From positions 2,748 through 66,747 of the forward strand of contig CAYQWZ010000005.1 of NCBI GenBank assembly GCA_964421635.1: DNA of 64,000 bases, given 5' to 3'. Origin of the DNA: an uncultured Candidatus Saccharibacteria bacterium (GTDB lineage: Bacteria; Patescibacteriota; UBA1384; CAILIB01; JAUSJZ01). Made by a program: the position numbers and the translations under genes. This document shows positions 45,529 through 54,414 of the stretch, one piece after another (position 1 is the first letter of the stretch; each line of letters begins with the position of its first letter). The notes under the pieces were generated by a model. That model searched no databases. It had not been told where the DNA came from and saw only the letters and a program-made list of their open reading frames with translations.

Positions 45529-46239
45529 TTAATATTCCGCTACTACTCGCATCACTTCAATTTTCTCCGCGCCGCTTTTATTGATAGCTTTTAATTGAAT
45601 AATATTTTCCCCGCGAGTAAGCTCTACCACATGATTAAAATCTCCTTCAGAATCTACTAACACCACTTCGCCGTTAACTGTTAGCTCTGCACCAATGCTA
45701 GTTTTGCCCGTAATTGCCACCTGTTTGTCTGCCACCAAAACGGCCGAAACGGGCGAGGAGTCGGCACTTAGGGGCTCCGCGATTTCTAGCAAGGGAACAG
45801 CTGCGAATTTATTGACCTGAACTGTTAAATATCCGCCGACAACGAGCACCAAAAAAGCAGCGAATGTATAAGATAAAACACGCGGCGTAATAAACCATTT
45901 AGGCAAAATAAAAGATTTGTGAGGATTCAACCCGCTTTGAGCTTTCTGACACTTATGAGCTAACAGATTTTTCTCTTTGTTGTAATCGGCTAAAATGTGC
46001 TTTTGAGATAATCCTAAAAAACCAGAATACTTCAGTAGATAACCGCGACCGTAAACTTCAGACGGTAGCTGCTCCCAAGCATCAGATTCTAAAGCTAATA
46101 AAAACCGAGCTCGAATATGGGTGGCTTCTTCAACTTCTTCAACACTACACTTCTTGCGCACCCGAGCTCGCTTTAATTTATCGCCAATTGTTTGATTGGC
46201 GCTACGAAGGCGTTTTGTTTTAAATCCTGCAGCTGCCAT
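45529..46239 (-). CDS. RodZ-like HTH membrane protein
   Basis: N-terminal HTH_25 (IGDKLKRARVRKKCSVEEVEEATHIRARFLLALE...YGRGYLLKYSGFLGL), single TM, C-terminal beta domain. Confidence 0.65.
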   Translation of the reverse strand: MAAAGFKTKRLRSANQTIGDKLKRARVRKKCSVEEVEEATHIRARFLLALESDAWEQLPSEVYGRGYLLKYSGFLGLSQKHILADYNKEKNLLAHKCQKAQSGLNPHKSFILPKWFITPRVLSYTFAAFLVLVVGGYLTVQVNKFAAVPLLEIAEPLSADSSPVSAVLVADKQVAITGKTSIGAELTVNGEVVLVDSEGDFNHVVELTRGENIIQLKAINKSGAEKIEVMRVVAEY

Positions 46240-48462
46240 TTAATTATACGGTTGTATATTATTACTACTATCGTTTGTCTTTTTTTCTGCTCCACTATAA
46301 ACTTCCCGCGGTCTAGCCCCATCTGCTGGCCCTATCTCCCCCTGATCTTCTAGTATATCAAGAAGGCGGGCGGCACGAGCGTAGCCTATTCGTAGTCGAC
46401 GCTGTAATAGTGAAGCCGATGCCTTACCAGCTTCTCTAACAATAGCTATGGCATCGTTGTATAGTTCATCTTCGCCAACGCCACCGGAACCGCCGCCCGC
46501 CTGACCGGCAATAGCTCCCACTGTCGCCGTCTCAGCCGTAATTTCGTCGTTATACTGCGCCATTCCCTGACTCTTCACATGAGCAATAATATTATTAATA
46601 TCTTTGTCTGAAGCAAAGGTACCCTGAATACGACGCGGCTTACCGGAATCAGCGGCCACAAAAAGCATATCTCCTAATCCTAATAGCTTATCTGCTCCAC
46701 CCATATCTAAAATTGTGCGTGAGTCAGCCTGAGTAGCGGTCGCAAAGGCAATTCGCGAAGTAATGTTGGCTTTAATTAAACCTGTAATGACATCAACGGA
46801 TGGTCGCTGAGTAGCTACCAACAGATGGATTCCAGTAGCTCGAGCCATCTGTGCCAAACGCACAATAGTCGCTTCAACTTCACGCGCCGCCACGCTCATC
46901 AAATCGGCCAGCTCATCAATAATAATGACAATCTTTGGCATTTTCTGCTGACCTTCTGGTATACCTTCATTGAAGGATTGGATATTACGCCGACCCGTGT
47001 CTGAAAATAATTTATAACGACGATCCATCTCGGAAACTGCCCACTTGAGCGCCGAAACAGTTTTGTCTGATTCAGTAATAACAGGTGTTAATAAATGAGG
47101 CAGATGGTTGTATCCGGTTAGCTCCACGCGTTTAGGATCAACCATAATAAACCGCAAATCTTCTGGCGTGTTTCTAAATAGTAAAGATAGAATGACCGTG
47201 TTAATGGCCACCGATTTTCCTGATCCGGTAGCGCCGGCCACCAACAGGTGAGGCATAGTCTCAAGCGTAACCACACAAGGTGCTCCGGCGACATCGCGCC
47301 CCAAAGCGATGCCCAAATTGGTTTTGTCTGCACCAAACTCTTTGGTTTCCAAAATTTCGCGCACCGTAACTTTAGCTCGCACTTTATTAGGCACTTCAAT
47401 TCCAACCGCCGCTTTACCTGGAATAGGTGCTTCAATACGAATGGATCTGGCCGCGAGGGACAACGCTAGATCGTTGGCCCGAGCGGTAATCTGATTAAGT
47501 TTAACTCCTTCGGCTGGCTTGCAAGTATATTGGGTAACAGTTGGCCCGACATTAACTTCGCCCATTGAAACAGTGATACCAAAATCTTTGAGAGTCTTTT
47601 GAATCTTCTCCACATTTTTAGCGATATCTCCGCTCTCTGCTACTACATCTGAATTCTCTAATAAATCAGTGGTCGGCAGCTGATAGCCTTGCGCCGAAGC
47701 AGATGTCAAAGCGGCCGGCTGATTAAGTGGTTCTGGCGCGTTAACAACCTGAGTTTGCCCACGGTCAGGCAATTTTTTGCGTCCGAATCCTAACCTTCTA
47801 ATAGTTTCAAAAACGGGTGCCTTCCCCAGCTGATTAATTTGTACATCATCCCCACTTTCTTGTTTGGCTGAAATACCAAAAATTTGCGCCAACGGAACAT
47901 TAGATAGAAGGATTAAAGAGATAATTGTCATACCAAAAAGTATTAACAGCCCAACTACCGCCCCCACCGCTTGGGATAAGTTCAAACTAAGCCAGTAGCC
48001 AAGCAATCCTCCACCCCCTCCCATCTCAGCTAAAACCTGAGGATCCCCCGGCCATAACTGATGCAAAAGGGCTGGAAAGAAAATAACTAAAAAGAGGGCT
48101 CCTAAAAATCCGGTTAGTCTGATGCCGCTGTTTTTTGGTTTGAAAAATTCAATAGCGCCACCCACAAACAAAACGGGCAGAACGAAAGCCGCTATACCAA
48201 AGATTCCTCGTAAAAAGCTATCCACCAAAAGACCGAAGCTGCCCGCTCTGCCAATTAAACTCAATAACAAAAACGCGGCAATTAAAGCTAGAGAGATAGC
48301 CGTGATTTCTTTAGCCGCCTGCTCGTGAATATCGAAACTAAATATCGGCTTATCTTCATCAAACAGCTTCTCCCAAAAACTCTTCTTTTGCTTCTTCTTT
48401 TTCTTCGGCCCTGGTTTCCTCCTTCTTGCCATTACAGTCATTATACTCGAATAAATTGTCAT
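46240..48462 (-). CDS. ftsK: DNA translocase FtsK/SpoIIIE
   Basis: N-terminal TM domain, linker, motor domain with GATGSGKSV Walker A, C-terminal gamma winged helix (ASASLLQRRLRIGYARAARLLDILE). Confidence 0.9.
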   Translation of the reverse strand: MTIYSSIMTVMARRRKPGPKKKKKQKKSFWEKLFDEDKPIFSFDIHEQAAKEITAISLALIAAFLLLSLIGRAGSFGLLVDSFLRGIFGIAAFVLPVLFVGGAIEFFKPKNSGIRLTGFLGALFLVIFFPALLHQLWPGDPQVLAEMGGGGGLLGYWLSLNLSQAVGAVVGLLILFGMTIISLILLSNVPLAQIFGISAKQESGDDVQINQLGKAPVFETIRRLGFGRKKLPDRGQTQVVNAPEPLNQPAALTSASAQGYQLPTTDLLENSDVVAESGDIAKNVEKIQKTLKDFGITVSMGEVNVGPTVTQYTCKPAEGVKLNQITARANDLALSLAARSIRIEAPIPGKAAVGIEVPNKVRAKVTVREILETKEFGADKTNLGIALGRDVAGAPCVVTLETMPHLLVAGATGSGKSVAINTVILSLLFRNTPEDLRFIMVDPKRVELTGYNHLPHLLTPVITESDKTVSALKWAVSEMDRRYKLFSDTGRRNIQSFNEGIPEGQQKMPKIVIIIDELADLMSVAAREVEATIVRLAQMARATGIHLLVATQRPSVDVITGLIKANITSRIAFATATQADSRTILDMGGADKLLGLGDMLFVAADSGKPRRIQGTFASDKDINNIIAHVKSQGMAQYNDEITAETATVGAIAGQAGGGSGGVGEDELYNDAIAIVREAGKASASLLQRRLRIGYARAARLLDILEDQGEIGPADGARPREVYSGAEKKTNDSSNNIQPYN

Positions 48463-48574
48463 TTGAAATTGCCACTTTTAATTAACGAATGGTCAGCTGG
48501 CAGGGCGACTCCGACTTGACCGAAAGTCGTAAATTTGATAGGTTCATAGCGTGGAAAGCCACTAGGAGGATTCC

Positions 48575-49207
48575 ATGTCTGAACAAACTGCGCGAGAAGT
48601 AACAACGCTCGAAATAGACAAAGAAGGATTACTCGAGCTGCTTCGTGGAAACTTGAGAGAGCGAATGCTGGCTGACGGACAGCTAGCCCAAGTCGTTATC
48701 TCTACTTACAGATCTATATTCAAGTATGATGTCGACGGTTCTTTAGCAGTTGAAACAGCAAATGAGCAAGTTCGTTTAGCTCTCTGCTGTGCTGAACGAA
48801 ATATGCAAGTTTCAGCTGTCAGCTCTATGATTGATTTGGCTGGATTTTTTGGAGCCTCGTCAACCCAAGAATTGCTCGATGCAGCTGCTAGATCTAGGAC
48901 TGCTGCAACAGATAAAGCGTCTTCTGCTCATCAAGCATTGCAGGGTAAATTGGCACAAGCATCAGACACAAGATTGCTCGCTATCATCTATGTTGGTTTA
49001 GAGGCTATGAGCCAAGTTATTCAAGATATTCGTCAGCTACGAAGTGCTTCACCAGAAATCATCATTGTCGCTTTCTGCTGTAATTGTGGTGAACAAACCA
49101 AAAGAGTCAATCTTCGTGGAGTAGTTGATGTCCTCACTATTGATTCTGAATGTGGAGGAAGCGTGACTCTGAGCGAAATCGCCACACTGGTTGCTACCGA
49201 GTGGTAA
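48575..49207 (+). CDS. hypothetical protein, GC-elevated
   Basis: 210-aa ORF with RBS TAGGAGGA; followed by GC hairpin + T7 terminator (49226-49258). Confidence 0.55.
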   Translation: MSEQTAREVTTLEIDKEGLLELLRGNLRERMLADGQLAQVVISTYRSIFKYDVDGSLAVETANEQVRLALCCAERNMQVSAVSSMIDLAGFFGASSTQELLDAAARSRTAATDKASSAHQALQGKLAQASDTRLLAIIYVGLEAMSQVIQDIRQLRSASPEIIIVAFCCNCGEQTKRVNLRGVVDVLTIDSECGGSVTLSEIATLVATEW

Positions 49208-49225
49208 TGCAATCCTTTCTAAACC

Positions 49226-49258
49226 CCACCGCGCGCCAGACGGCGACGCGGTTTTTTT
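49226..49258 (+). terminator. intrinsic terminator
   Basis: CCACCGCGCGCC-aga-CGGCGACGCGG followed by T7. Confidence 0.6.
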
Positions 49259-49338
49259 ATTTTCGCGGAAGTTATTTTGACAACCAAGGTGGTTTTCGCC
49301 AGAATAAACAGGAGGCAAGCGTTTTAAAAAACAAAATT

Positions 49339-50649
49339 ATGGAAAGAACATTGGTTAGTGAGGCTTTCAAAAAAGCAGGCGAAGAGATAAATTTGCAAGG
49401 ATTCGTCAATAACATTCGTCATCAAGGCAGCATCGCTTTTATTGAACTGCGTGACCGCAGCGGCATTATGCAGGCCGTCGTTATGAAATCTTCAGAGGCC
49501 TTTGACCTTACGAAAAATTTATCTTTAGAATCTGTAGTTTCTCTATCAGGCAAAACGAAAGAAGAGAAACAGGCGCCCGGTGGAGTTGAGATGGAAGTGG
49601 CTGAAATTGAAATTTTGTCCTTGGCAGACCCTGAACTGCCAATTCCCGTTTTAGACAAAGGTGACAACGAAAGCAATCAGACGGCGCGCATGAACTGGCG
49701 CTACCTAGATTTGCGAAAACCAAAAAACAACCTGATATTTCAAGTTTGGACGGCTATGGAGACAGGTTTTCGCAGCTATTTAATTAAAGAAAATTTCATC
49801 CAAATCCATTCACCAAAAATGATGAGTACCGGCTCTGAAGGAGGCGCCGAACTTTTCGAAGTAAAATATTTCAAACGCAAAGCTTTCTTGGCGCAATCGC
49901 CGCAGTTTTACAAACAGATGGCGCAATCAGCCGGACTCGAGCGCGTATTTGAAATTGGCCCCGTATTCCGAGCTGATCCTTCTTTTACTTCACGCCATGC
50001 TACCGAATTCACCGGTTTCGACTTAGAAATGTCATTCATTAAAGATCACCACGATGTGATGAATTTACAAGCCGAACTTCTAGCCAACATGATATCTGAG
50101 GTGAAAAAAGTTTGTGGCAAAAATGTACAAGAGACATTCAAAGTTGAGCTCAATGTACCCAAACTGCCTTTTCCTAAAGTGACCATTGCTGAGGCCAAGA
50201 AAATGCTGGCTGAGAAAAAAATTCCTTCAGAAACAGATGGCGACTTATCACCTGAAGAAGAGCGAGTGCTGGGTAACATTATCAAAGAGCGCGATGACCA
50301 TGATATCGTTTTTGTCACCGATTATCCTATTTCTAATAGACCGTTTTATCATATGCGTGACGAAAAAAATCCTCAATTAACCAAAAGCTACGACCTACTG
50401 TATAAGGGAGTGGAGATTACCACGGGTGCGCAACGCGAGCATCGCTATGAAATCCTTCTTCAACAAGCCAAAGAAAAAAATATTGACATTAAAGATATCG
50501 AACATTATCTGAACTTCTTTAAATATGGCTGTCCTCCTCATGGAGGATTCGGAATGGGCCCAGCCCGCGTAGTAATGAAAATGCTAAATTTAGAGAATAT
50601 TCGCGAAGTGACTTATTTATATCGCGGCGTAAAACGGTTGACTCCTTAA
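49339..50649 (+). CDS. aspS: aspartate--tRNA ligase, archaeal/eukaryotic type (AspS2; possibly non-discriminating)
   Basis: Class II motifs: FRADPSFTSRHATEFTGFDLEM, GGFGMGPARVVM, C-terminal ..YRGVKRLTP typical of type-2 AspRS; start chosen at ATG 49339 (MERTLVSEAFKKAGEEINLQGF..) rather than the upstream extension at 49150. Confidence 0.85.
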   Translation: MERTLVSEAFKKAGEEINLQGFVNNIRHQGSIAFIELRDRSGIMQAVVMKSSEAFDLTKNLSLESVVSLSGKTKEEKQAPGGVEMEVAEIEILSLADPELPIPVLDKGDNESNQTARMNWRYLDLRKPKNNLIFQVWTAMETGFRSYLIKENFIQIHSPKMMSTGSEGGAELFEVKYFKRKAFLAQSPQFYKQMAQSAGLERVFEIGPVFRADPSFTSRHATEFTGFDLEMSFIKDHHDVMNLQAELLANMISEVKKVCGKNVQETFKVELNVPKLPFPKVTIAEAKKMLAEKKIPSETDGDLSPEEERVLGNIIKERDDHDIVFVTDYPISNRPFYHMRDEKNPQLTKSYDLLYKGVEITTGAQREHRYEILLQQAKEKNIDIKDIEHYLNFFKYGCPPHGGFGMGPARVVMKMLNLENIREVTYLYRGVKRLTP

Positions 50650-50688
50650 CTTTTTTTGGCTACTGTACTTGCAGGAAAGGAGCGTTCA

Positions 50689-50929
50689 GATGCCTAAACT
50701 GCTCAAGTTTGCTTTGGCTGCAATGGGGGTTGGTGCTGCTGTGCTTGGTACACACCTTGCATGGTTGGTATTAAAATACAGCCGTCTAATGCACAAATGG
50801 AATCAGCTAAAAGATATTGAGAAGTTTACCCTTTATGCAATGCTTTATCTGCAAACAAATCATTGTCTGATTTGTCACAAGCATAGCAATCTGGAGCCAG
50901 TTCTGCATCGACTTCATAGAGCTGGCTGA
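50689..50929 (+). CDS. small membrane hypothetical protein
   Basis: RBS AAGGAG 7 nt before ATG at 50689 (MPKLLKF..); one TM helix. Confidence 0.45.
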
Positions 50930-51065
50930 ATTATCCTTTTTGAAGATCAAGAAGGACAGGAGCATTTCGCTTTTGGTGACCATGATATTGTTTCTTTCAT
51001 TATGCAAATGAGAAAAACACAGCCATCACTTGATCATTTGTCGTATCAATTTCCTATCTTCTATC

Positions 51066-51095
51066 AGCCGTTCTGAAAAGAGCGGTTTTTTTATT
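51066..51095 (+). terminator. intrinsic terminator
   Basis: CCGTTC-tgaaaa-GAGCGG (one G-U pair) followed by T7. Confidence 0.5.
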
Positions 51096-51150
51096 ATAAA
51101 ACGACCTCTGGCGCATTGCCAGAAGCCGCGAGTAAACCCATCGCCTCACT

Positions 51151-51345
51151 TCACCCCGTAGTACGGCGATGACCGAAGCGTTCTTCGGCCGCTGCTTGCT
51201 GTTCTTCGAGTCGCCTCAATGCTCGACGCACCACCGGTCCTACATCACGACAGTAAGACGGTGGTTGACCAGCTGGCGGATCCTGACGCCCAGCCAGAAT
51301 CTTCGCCGATTGAGCCTTCATTGACTCAGTTAGTGTTCCGGCCAT
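51151..51345 (-). CDS. small Arg-rich GC-rich hypothetical protein
   Basis: 64-aa ORF with RBS AGGAAGGA ~8 nt upstream of ATG; local GC well above flanks. Confidence 0.4.
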   Translation of the reverse strand: MAGTLTESMKAQSAKILAGRQDPPAGQPPSYCRDVGPVVRRALRRLEEQQAAAEERFGHRRTTG

Positions 51346-51437
51346 TGGTCTCTTCCTTCCTACTAGAAATATATCATAAAAGAATTTTGCTTGACAGTAA
51401 ACAAGATTTCAGGTAAAAAGCACTAGAGGAGAGATCA

Positions 51438-51956
51438 ATGAAAAACCTGCGTCGTTCAGTTCGTCCGTTAATCGTTAGCCCCTTGGTTATCGGTATCTTT
51501 GTCGTAATGAATGGATGCGCATATCCGGAAAATACTTCGGCTTCATCTCAGGTTGATATCGCACCGCCCGAGGTTATGTATCCTGCTACTACACCTGAAA
51601 TCGTAGAGCGGCCGCCTCCTGCACCAGATGAGGAAGAGATTGCAGAGGCCAAACTAGTCGAACACCTCACTTCTCAGACTTGGGTAGTCAGAAGGACCAA
51701 CACTTACGGTTACGGTAATTCTAATGCCACCTCGGTCGTACTCATGAACTCTCAGAATCACCTTGAAAGACTACATGCCGTTAGTGAAATATTTTCCTCA
51801 TCTCCGCTCAGCTATGCATGCAATGGAGACATGTATGCCATCCACGAATGCGACACAAGCAGTCGTGGCGTATTCCCCAGCTACCTTCACGAGGGAAAAA
51901 GCATCAAACTTGGTCGATTTGAGTTTGAACTACTCAATGGTCTTCTTCAAAGATAA
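51438..51956 (+). CDS. putative lipoprotein
   Basis: RBS GGAGAG; signal peptide with lipobox-like VMNGC; 172 aa. Confidence 0.55.
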   Translation: MKNLRRSVRPLIVSPLVIGIFVVMNGCAYPENTSASSQVDIAPPEVMYPATTPEIVERPPPAPDEEEIAEAKLVEHLTSQTWVVRRTNTYGYGNSNATSVVLMNSQNHLERLHAVSEIFSSSPLSYACNGDMYAIHECDTSSRGVFPSYLHEGKSIKLGRFEFELLNGLLQR

Positions 51957-52041
51957 CCTTTCCCGCACACTTAGTGGCCACCTGCTCGCAAACGGGTGGC
52001 TACTTCTTTTTTACCCATCAATCTGCTAGTCTACTGCTGTT

Positions 52042-53166
52042 ATGTTAAAAATTGGAATTGTCGGATTACCCAACGCGGGCAAATCAACTTTATTCAACGC
52101 GCTAGTCAAAGGCCACCAAGCAGAGGCGGCCAATTTTCCTTTTTGCACCATTGAACCGAATGTTGGCATAGTGGAGGTTCCAGATGGCCGCCTTAATGAA
52201 TTAGCAGCACTAATTGAGCCCGAAAAAATTACTCCCGCCGCTTTTGAATTCATAGACATCGCCGGATTAGTCGAAGGCGCGCACAAAGGAGAAGGATTAG
52301 GAAATAAATTTTTATCACATATAAAAGAAGCCAACGCCATAACTTTGGTTTTGAGAACTTTTGAGGATGCGGATATCTCCCATGTTTACGGCAATATTGA
52401 CCCTGTGCGCGATTACGAAACACTAATGCTCGAGTTAGTAATGAGCGATCTGGCAACTGTTTCGGCGGCTTTTGAGCGAGCCGAGCGAGCAGCGCATGAT
52501 GGCAAAAAAGAGACTAAAGCCCGAGCTGAAATAATTGGTCAAATAAAAAAACACCTTGAACAGAACCAACCCGTGAGCGAGGCTCGCGAAATTCTAGATA
52601 ATGAAGATGCACGACAAATTTTACGCGAGCTTCAACTTATCACAGCCAAACCGCGACTAATCGTTTTTAATATTTCTGAAACAGACGCTTCAAATCCTAC
52701 TCAAAATGAAAAAATTCAAACATGGATAAAAACCGGCGCTAAAATATCCACCGATTTCAAACCCGAACACATCATCTATATATCCTCAAAACTAGAGGCT
52801 GAACTTTTGAATATGAACACTGCCGAACAATCGGAGTTTTTAGCCGAATACAAGCTGACTGAACCTGGGCTGAACCGACTTATTAAAACTGGCTACGCTG
52901 CGCTAGGATTACAATCCTTCTTCACCGCGGGTCCACAAGAAGTCCGCGCCTGGACAATCCGCGTCGGCACTAATGCCCAAGTCGCAGCCGGCGAGATTCA
53001 CACCGATTTTTCCAAAAAATTCGTTAAAGCCGAGGTTGTCAAATTTTCTGATTACATTTTTAGCGGCGGCGAAGCCGCCGCTAAAGAGAAAGGCTTAATG
53101 CGCCAAGAAGGCCGTGAGTATAAGGTGGCCGACGGCGATGTGATCTATTTTAAAATTGCTAACTAA
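52042..53166 (+). CDS. ychF: ribosome-binding ATPase YchF
   Basis: G1 GLPNAGKST, Obg-like GTPase core, C-terminal TGS/YchF domain. Confidence 0.9.
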   Translation: MLKIGIVGLPNAGKSTLFNALVKGHQAEAANFPFCTIEPNVGIVEVPDGRLNELAALIEPEKITPAAFEFIDIAGLVEGAHKGEGLGNKFLSHIKEANAITLVLRTFEDADISHVYGNIDPVRDYETLMLELVMSDLATVSAAFERAERAAHDGKKETKARAEIIGQIKKHLEQNQPVSEAREILDNEDARQILRELQLITAKPRLIVFNISETDASNPTQNEKIQTWIKTGAKISTDFKPEHIIYISSKLEAELLNMNTAEQSEFLAEYKLTEPGLNRLIKTGYAALGLQSFFTAGPQEVRAWTIRVGTNAQVAAGEIHTDFSKKFVKAEVVKFSDYIFSGGEAAAKEKGLMRQEGREYKVADGDVIYFKIAN

Positions 53167-53248
53167 AATCGCCAACTAGAAATATTGCAATAAACAGCTC
53201 AATTAGTTAAGGTGTAGCTGCAGTCTATCGAACCGAAGGGAGCACACC

Positions 53249-53461
53249 ATGAGATTACTGCTGAACTGCTATCGTTTTACTGTTACTGTAGTACTGTTTG
53301 CTATCGCAATACTGTTTCTTTTGTTGAATATGTCTATTGCTATCATGCTCGACAACAGTCGAAACAAAGCATCTATCTGGCTTGATTCAGCCTGCAACTG
53401 GTTGGTGAGCCTTAGCCCCTTGACCAGAGCCGACCATGAATCCCACCCCAGTCCTGAGTAA
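53249..53461 (+). CDS. small membrane hypothetical protein
   Basis: RBS AAGGGAG; TM helix; followed by hairpin CCTGAGT-aacaa-ACTCAGG + T6 terminator at 53452-53480. Confidence 0.5.
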   Translation: MRLLLNCYRFTVTVVLFAIAILFLLLNMSIAIMLDNSRNKASIWLDSACNWLVSLSPLTRADHESHPSPE

Positions 53462-53676
53462 CAACTCAGGATTTTTTAACACAAAAAAAAGAAGAGGCAG
53501 GTGGGGTAACGAAGGATTAAAGTTGGAACTATTATCCTATTGTGTACCGCCCTGCCGTCTCCTCGTGGTGCCGTTCACGAAACAAGTCGTGATACAGCAT
53601 GTTTCATGCAATCGTTATTTCATGAAATTAAGCCATTGTACTACTTTTTCGGCCTTCTGTCAATGAATATAAAAAG

Positions 53677-53702
53677 CCAATTAATGCAAATTGGCTCCTA
53701 CT
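53677..53702 (-). terminator. intrinsic terminator of 53715-54059
   Basis: GCCAATT-tgcatt-AATTGGC followed by T5 on minus strand. Confidence 0.6.
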
Positions 53703-53714
53703 GCGACTATTAAA

Positions 53715-54059
53715 TTATACTTTTTCGAGGTTTGTTACTCTGGCTTTGACTTTCTCCATTTCTTCCGAAGAAATTTGTACTACATCGGACAGTGTTATAA
53801 CTAACTCATCGTGATGACGATTAATTAGTTCTCTATTTTCTTTTATAAATAATCTATTTAGCTTTATCTCTTCGGTATTTTGTCGAATTCCTTCTGCGTT
53901 TTGTTTGATTCCTTCTGAGTTTTGTCGAATTCCTTCTGCGTTTTGTTTGATTCCTTTATGCAAAACTCCCTGTCCTTCTTCTAATTTCGACAGTTTTATC
54001 AGAACAATTTTCTCGAATTTCTCTTTTTTCATCGTAAAAACATTATAACAACAAACCAC
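53715..54059 (-). CDS. coiled-coil protein with 4 tandem 8-aa repeats (GI(K/R)QN(A/S)E)
   Basis: Likely start MKKEKFEK (~54029); tandem 24-nt DNA repeats ~53876-53962 encode EGIRQNSEGIKQNAEGIRQNTEEIK. Confidence 0.55.
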   Translation of the reverse strand: MVCCYNVFTMKKEKFEKIVLIKLSKLEEGQGVLHKGIKQNAEGIRQNSEGIKQNAEGIRQNTEEIKLNRLFIKENRELINRHHDELVITLSDVVQISSEEMEKVKARVTNLEKV

Positions 54060-54168
54060 ATTACAATAAGATTATCTAATTTACATTAATTGAACTTTTA
54101 TCAATTAGATTCTAATCGGCAACTAAAAAACCGCTCCTTGAATAAATTTGGAACGGTTTTTTTACTAG

Positions 54169-54306
54169 TTAAGCCAGTAAGACTTCAGCTTGTACTACTC
54201 CGGCAGCAATAGATAGAATGCCGACCAGAGCAATGGCAACTGATTCCCAAGCGGTCAAATCATCCATCAGGATGTGTTTTGGCTCAGGTAATTTGGGTTT
54301 CGACAT
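54169..54306 (-). CDS. unannotated 45-aa small hydrophobic protein
   Basis: ATG at 54306 preceded by AAAGGAGGG RBS; MSKPKLPEPKHILMDDLTAWESVAIALVGILSIAAGVVQAEVLLA; hairpin + T-run terminator at 54131-54166. Confidence 0.3.
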   Translation of the reverse strand: MSKPKLPEPKHILMDDLTAWESVAIALVGILSIAAGVVQAEVLLA

Positions 54307-54414
54307 AACCCTCCTTTTATTACTTATAAATTATATGATTATAGCGAATTTTAGGGCTTTTGTCAACCACTTTTTAGCTACCAGTTCATCTGAAATTCTG
54401 TTAAACTGAACCAG

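Noticed and set aside
47118-47494. ORFs on both strands inside ftsK
   Set aside because: Alternative frames of the FtsK motor domain region; FtsK homology is continuous
49150-49338. Upstream extension of aspS giving a 499-aa protein
   Set aside because: The extension overlaps the preceding gene's terminator and has no AspRS homology; conserved N-terminus begins at MERTLVSEAF (ATG 49339)
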